This document shows, one piece after another, positions 57,697 through 64,000 of a DNA stretch of 64,000 nt (positions are counted from its first letter, which is position 1; each line of letters opens with the position of its first letter). Source of the DNA: Octopus vulgaris (Eukaryota). The notes beneath the pieces were generated by a model. It searched no databases and was not told the origin of the DNA. It was given only the letters and a program-made list of their open reading frames with translations. Position numbers and translations under genes: made by a program. The stretch spans positions 41,354,001 to 41,418,000 of the forward strand of contig OX597838.1 in assembly GCA_951406725.2 (NCBI GenBank). The letters run 5' to 3'.

Positions 57697-60047
57697 ATAT
57701 GCACAAAACAGCAGTTATCAATAGAGAAAGGAAGTAATTATGATAAGTGAAGACAGGTGTAATTTAGAATTACCTTCATTTAAAATGGATGGTGCAGTGT
57801 GTGATATCACCAAAGACTGTACAGTAGCAGCAGTAGTAGTAGTACAACTAAGTTAAATAGAGAGAAGGAACACCATTGCTTGCCCCAGGAATGGGGGAGG
57901 TGGGGATTAACATCACTACCAGGAATGAAAGTGTCAGAACATTAGAGAGAAGAAACGGTGCCAGGCAGCGGAAGCCAACACCTGTCAGAAGACAGGTTTT
58001 TATGTAGAAACTGAGTTGGATATAATAACCAGTTGATTAACCCTTTAGCATTTAATTCAGCCACACCTGGGCCAAATATTCTACCTGTTCTATGTTCAAA
58101 CTGACCTGATCCAGCTTCTCACTCTTACCCTACAATGTCATTCCAAAAATAAGCAATCACATCATCAAAGTTTCAAAGATACAAAACAATGCATGATTAA
58201 TCCAAGATAATGTGAACAGGAATGATATTTGACAGAATTCTCTGAATGCCCAAGACCCTTGGGATGGATGAAGCACTGACAAACAGCTGCCTCCAGTTGT
58301 GGTTGCTTGATCTGCTAGAAATAGCAGCCAAATCTCACTCTCATCACACCTTACCATCTTACAAAAACAGATATGAAACATCTGATAACAGCTTGATTTC
58401 TTTTATTCAGGCACATGGCCTTTATAAAGAGGGGACACCACAAGGACAGACAAAACAAGACATTGGGGTACATATAAAACACATATCGAATGGACAATGA
58501 CTGTGATAAAAAAAAATGAGGATGAAATGAGGTTGTTAACCAAAGTGGTTGAGAATCCCACAGACACATACACTCTACAAATAATTCCCAGACTTAATTA
58601 GTAATATATGTGACAGAGCTGTACTTTTTAATTACAAGTACACTCCATCAAGCAGGTTTCCATCAACTGAATTTCACTCACAAAACTTGGGTAAAAATCA
58701 AAAAGACAATTGCCTATGATGCCACGCAGTGGGATTGAACCTGAAAACACAGTTGTCAAACCAACTACTTAACCCCACAGCCATGCCTGCCTGCCTCCTC
58801 TGTGGTAAGACATTCCCACCCACAGGGTTCTAAGTTTGATCCTCTTGGGTTGACCAATATCTCATGTGTGGAATTTCTTAGGATGGAAACTGTACTGAAG
58901 TTCACTCAGCACAAGTGTGTCCGTGTTTATGGACTTGACAAAACACTCCTGGTTAAATAAAAGAGAGATACCAAAGCAAACTGAGAGACGTGCCTAGGGA
59001 GGAGCGGGGAGATCAACCAAAACAAAACCCCACAGTTGGTGACCCCTGCAGAGTCACAGTCCAAGAACAAACAGTAAAAAGGAGAAATGGTAAAACTAAC
59101 AACCAACAAGCAGAACTGAAATAGTAGACTTCAATAATTTGAAAGTGTGTGTGTGTGTGTGTGTGTGTGTTGTAATACAGGTAGCCATTTATCTTCTACA
59201 TAACACCTGTGGCTGTCCTATCATAATTTAGCCACTCAACACTTGGCATAAAGCCACCTCCCACTACTCCAACCCCACTTAGTTGAAGGTCTTTCCTCGT
59301 TTTGCAAATTACCAGGTGACCATACTAGTGCCAATGTCATGAAAGAAAAAGCACCCAGTACACTCTGCAAAGAGGTTGGAGTCAGGAACAGTATCCAGCT
59401 GGAGACAAACCTTACCGAAACAGGCATTAGAGCTCAAAGCAGTCCTTCCAGCCAAACCAGGCATTAAATGATAATATATGTTGAGTAGTTTATGTTCCCA
59501 AAGATGTTACCCAACCAAAAGGCTCTAAAACATCAACTTCACCAAGAATTAACTCAATAATAAACAAACCCCAAAACCTTTGCTAAAAGTGACAGTATGA
59601 TCAGTAAAGACTTTGTATACAATAGTGATTTCAAATTTTGGCACAAGGCCAGCAACCTTGGAGAGAGGTTAAATCGATCACATCGACTCCAGTGCTCAGC
59701 TGGTACTTCTGAGCAGTTCTGTGAACAAAAGCTTATTCTCAGTACGATGTTAGTTTTCCAGACATTCTGCTTAGAACTACAGTATTCAATTCACCCTTAA
59801 TTTTCTATTAAAACATTCAGAAACGCAACTTCAGAAAGATCAGTTATTTCTTTCGGCCCAATGTAGAGGCTTGCTTACTAACCTGACCATCTTTCTTCCG
59901 ATACGATGTATATTCTGTAGATGAAACACCTGCATTCTTTAGGTACCAACCCAAACAGTCGAAGTATTCTGCTGTTATAATTAGAACATCCAACAGTAAA
60001 ATCTTGAACAGGTTTCTAAGTCTCTTTGAAATAGAGAGCAACACATT

Positions 60048-60490
60048 TTAACCCTCCACCATCAAAATTCCTCAAATGTAATCCTTATTTATTTACATTG
60101 TTTTCAATTAATCATGCATCATTTTGTAGCATAACCCTTTCGATAACAACCTGTCTGAATCTGCTTCTGGCTCTGTAGTATAAATGTCTTGTTTTCAAAA
60201 GTTCTGAATCAAAATCTTCCATAAAACCTTAGTCACAATATATGTTCCTAACACTAGCTTAATGATAAGTTATTTTACTAAATTCTTTGTTATATCTAAA
60301 ATTGAAAGAAACACAGAGCATCTCAACAGAAATATGGTAACAAAAGGGTTAAAGATTCTGATGATGTAATTGTATATTTTTTAGAATGATATTGTAGGGC
60401 AGGTAAGAGAAGTCAGATCTGACCTGTTTGAACATAAAACAGGTAGACTATTTGAGCTGTGTACAACTGGTTTAAATATTAAAGGGTTAA
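60048..60490. mobile_element. Nested piggyBac-like MITEs (family 2 at 60131-60352 inside family 1)
   Basis: Outer TTAA-CCC...AAAGGG-TTAA, homologous to 18273-18486, is interrupted by an inner ATAA-CCCTTTCGATAAC...GGTAACAAAAGGG-TTAA. Confidence 0.7.
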
Positions 60491-63400
60491 ATCCTGAATC
60501 AGTACCCAGTTAAAACTACATGGCATATTCTCAAGTTTAATTGACACAAACATCTCACACCCAACTGATCAAATATATACCTGGAGCTACCCAACAACAA
60601 TAATATGTAGTAGTGTTGTATGGTGTATATTAGTCGCCACAATCACATGTAAATGTGATGAGTTCATAGTTTGATATGTTACTGTTAGTATCAGGACTAA
60701 TCTTCTATCGCTGGAATAGAAACAAGGTAACACCTCCCTACACCCTTTAGATAAAATCTACTGAAAGAACAAATGACAATATGGAGCAACCTTTTTGAGA
60801 TTTCTTTTTTTAAATAAGGAAAAGTTGCGAGTTAGAATTGAGTGCAAAATATTCTAAATTAAATGACTGAGACCAGTCATTAGGAGAAAGTTTTTTTTTT
60901 AACTATTAATTAACCTTATCTTCAGGTTTTTTTTTTTCTAAATATTTATATCAAATCTGATCAAACTATAGATATAAATATTAAACATGTTTTATCTCTA
61001 AAGATGAGGTTAATAGTCCAAATCAAATTATAATCTCGCTTGAAACCTTCTTACAGGCTTTCGGCATCTTTAATCTATTACACCTGCAAGAAATGCAAGG
61101 AAGGTCTTCCACATCTCATCTCAGGTTTCTACCAATACAAGAGATGTTGAAATGGAAGAATCACTCCTTACCAAAAAATCTATATTTGCACTAAAATTAT
61201 TTCCGTAATTAAAGAGATCCTCATTAAAGCAGCTTGCTTTGCAGTCACATAGTTCCAGGTTCAATCCCACTGTGTGGCACTTTGGGCAAGTGTCTTCTAC
61301 TATAGCCTTGGGCTGACCAATGCCTTGTGAGTGAATCTGACAAATGGAAAACTGTGTGGAAACCTGTCATGAATATGTGACAACCAGTGTTGGTTCGATT
61401 ACATCCCTGTAACTTAACAGTTTAGTGAGAAATATCAGCAGAATACCAGACTTTAAAAAAAAAAAATGAGGTCAATTTGTTCAACAAAACCCCTCAAGGC
61501 AGTGCTCTAGCATGACCACAGTTAAACAAATGAAATAAAAGATAAAGCAATTACATATTATAAGCATTTCCCATCATTTGTATCAATAACGCCCTTAAAT
61601 ACAAACCCATTTTTTATCCCTGTCCATTTGAAACAAAGACTTGTGTCTACAAAAAGTTATCACCAGAATTATTATTATTAAAATAATGTGGTGGCAGAAA
61701 TGGTAGCAAGCCACGTTAAACACAATATATTATTCCATGTGGCAGTTCCTATGTTCTGGGTTCAAATATTACCAGGTCAATCTGGGATTAATAAATACAC
61801 TACAGTCAAATCTTTCAATTCTTCAAAGTGCAATGGTTACATAAGTTTCCCATTTCTTTGTATTTTTACTGAACGATGCAAAGTCTTTTAATCTGCAGGA
61901 GTTGGCTAATAGAGTGCAGACAATGCAGTGCTCCCAAGAATGGTTTTCTCTACTTCCACAATGGTTGAGCCAGTCCTTTAACTCCAGCTGACCAAAACAA
62001 CTTCTTATTGTCCTGTTCCCATTCTTAGTCAATTGATATTTCCCAATGAATTCTGTTGTGCTTCTGAACCAGAAAGGAGATCTTCAGCCAGGGAGGTGGT
62101 GATTGCCATGTCAGTTGGAGGGGGGGAACCATAATAGAACCAGTTATATTGCAATCCCAGTCAATACTTAATGTCACCTGTGAACTCTACCAAACATCTG
62201 GATGCCAAGAGTTGAAAGAGTCAAATCAATTGACAATAATCTCTCCTCCACAACCTGGTGGCATTGTGAGGAACCAATATAATTAAGAAGAGACAATAAT
62301 AGCTGTAGCAAAATAGGTGCTGTTTCACAAGTGCAACACTGAGTCTTTCAACTTGATTTACTTTTCCTGCCCAATTAAGAAAATACTGTTTTCTGTAATA
62401 AAATAACTGCATTTTAAGATATTTTCTACTTCTTTCAACAAAATACTTTATTTCAGACCAATTAGAGAGATCAGTGTCAGGATTATTCACTGCCATGCTT
62501 TTACAAATCATTCACAGAGCCTCAATGTGGTGGCTTCACCTGCTAGATATAACAACCAAATCTCTCTCAAATCACTTGATTATAGGCCTGTTCAGTCAGA
62601 CCTAACCTGAATTAAACAAGAGCCTGGTGCTTTTTAAGTACAATAAATACAAATTTCAGTTGTGCATCTACCAAGCGGTATGCGAAACCAACAGAAGATA
62701 AAGAGGAGTGGCAGGAGGGGGCTTAAATAACAAACAACTCAATCATAACAATCAGAAATGTCTAACAACAACAACAGCATCCTTCCTTGAAGCAATTTAT
62801 ACAGTAATGAGATTAATAAAGAAATAATATATGTTAATCTTTATCACGCACACATACACACACTCTGAGCAAAGTGTAAATGATTGATAGATCAAAATCA
62901 GCTTCAGAAACTTTTTTTTTTTGTAACAGAAAGATGTCGCAACAAAACAATCTAAATTATTTTGTCTCAGTTTTAAAAGTAAATTCTGTAATGCAGGTTA
63001 GTTATCTAAGTTTTAATTAGTCAACCTGGGGAATTACCCATAGCTATTTTATGCTTGTCACCATTGAAACGATAAGCAAGTGGCATTAAAACAATGAAAT
63101 TCTATTTGAACAACTGCAGGTGAGTGAAGTGAAATGAAATCACACACAGGATGTAATTACAGGGTATCAAGTTTGGGGCAAAAATGCCAGGATTTAAGAT
63201 TGGTTCTGCGAAGGGGAGGATGAGTTTAGTGATGTTGGATGCAGTATGAGAATTTCAAGAGAATTGCTGGTCTTTGCTTCCTCTGGTAGATGGTCTATAT
63301 TATATCTACAAGCATGCTTTACAGTATGTTATACAGACCTATAGATATGTTCTGTAGTTCACTATAGCAAGAAAACTGTATCCAGTCGGCTGCACAATAT

Positions 63401-64000
63401 TTTCAAGCTTATCTGAATCTAGACATGCATCATTACCATTTTAATGTCCACTTTTCCAGGTTTGCATGGAGTTTGCTGAGGCAGATTTTCTATAGCTGGA
63501 TGCCTTTCCTGTCATCAACTATCAACCATTTCCAAGTACAGTAATATTTCCTCACATGGTCAGTTAGGTTCTCACAGAATATTGGAAATAAATGACACCG
63601 CTTGTTATGACAGTGAATTTGCAATAATCATACAATGTCTCACACACACACACGCTTGGGCTTCTTTTCGTTTCTGTTCACCAAATCCACTCACAAAGCT
63701 TGAGTCATCACAGGGATCTAGTGGCATGCAGTGGGATTGGACCCAAAACCCTGTGGCTGGAAAGCAAACTTCTTTACCACAGTCACGCCTGTACATGAAT
63801 CTATATTCATATTATCCATACTAACTCATTGTATAAACTTTCTAAACAAAAATAGGACACAACTGAATATCATTAACCATTTGTCCTAAATTCTGCACAA
63901 ATCTTGTTATAACATTCAAGAAAACACATGATTTCACTCTGTAAACAAGGTCTGGCATGATATCTGAATTCTAGGAAGTTTTAGAAATTTTTTGCCCAGA

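Overview
AT-rich, microsatellite- and retroposon-dense animal DNA. The repeat families suggest an octopus or related coleoid cephalopod (inference). The window is dominated by one minus-strand gene, LIS1/PAFAH1B1 (dynein regulator; LisH + coiled coil + 7 WD40). I mapped 11 coding exons (50685 down to the stop at 10693), all with GT-AG junctions and a continuous frame. The short first coding exon was not found and is probably upstream of the window. Introns and the downstream region hold tRNA-derived SINEs, RTE and CR1 LINE remnants, an internally deleted Tigger/pogo element, a decayed full-length hAT (Buster/Charlie) element, a non-autonomous Helitron, piggyBac-like MITEs, two minisatellites and a 100-N gap. 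Most notable is a ~520-bp fold-back at 2278-2794 whose two arms each carry a Penelope-type minimal hammerhead ribozyme: core intact on +, core mutated on the LIS1-sense strand. An older, decayed inverted hammerhead pair lies at ~48.9-49.1 kb. A candidate poison exon or recursive splice site overlaps a 33-bp tandem repeat in a LIS1 intron. Most ORFs in the supplied track are microsatellite or TE artefacts.
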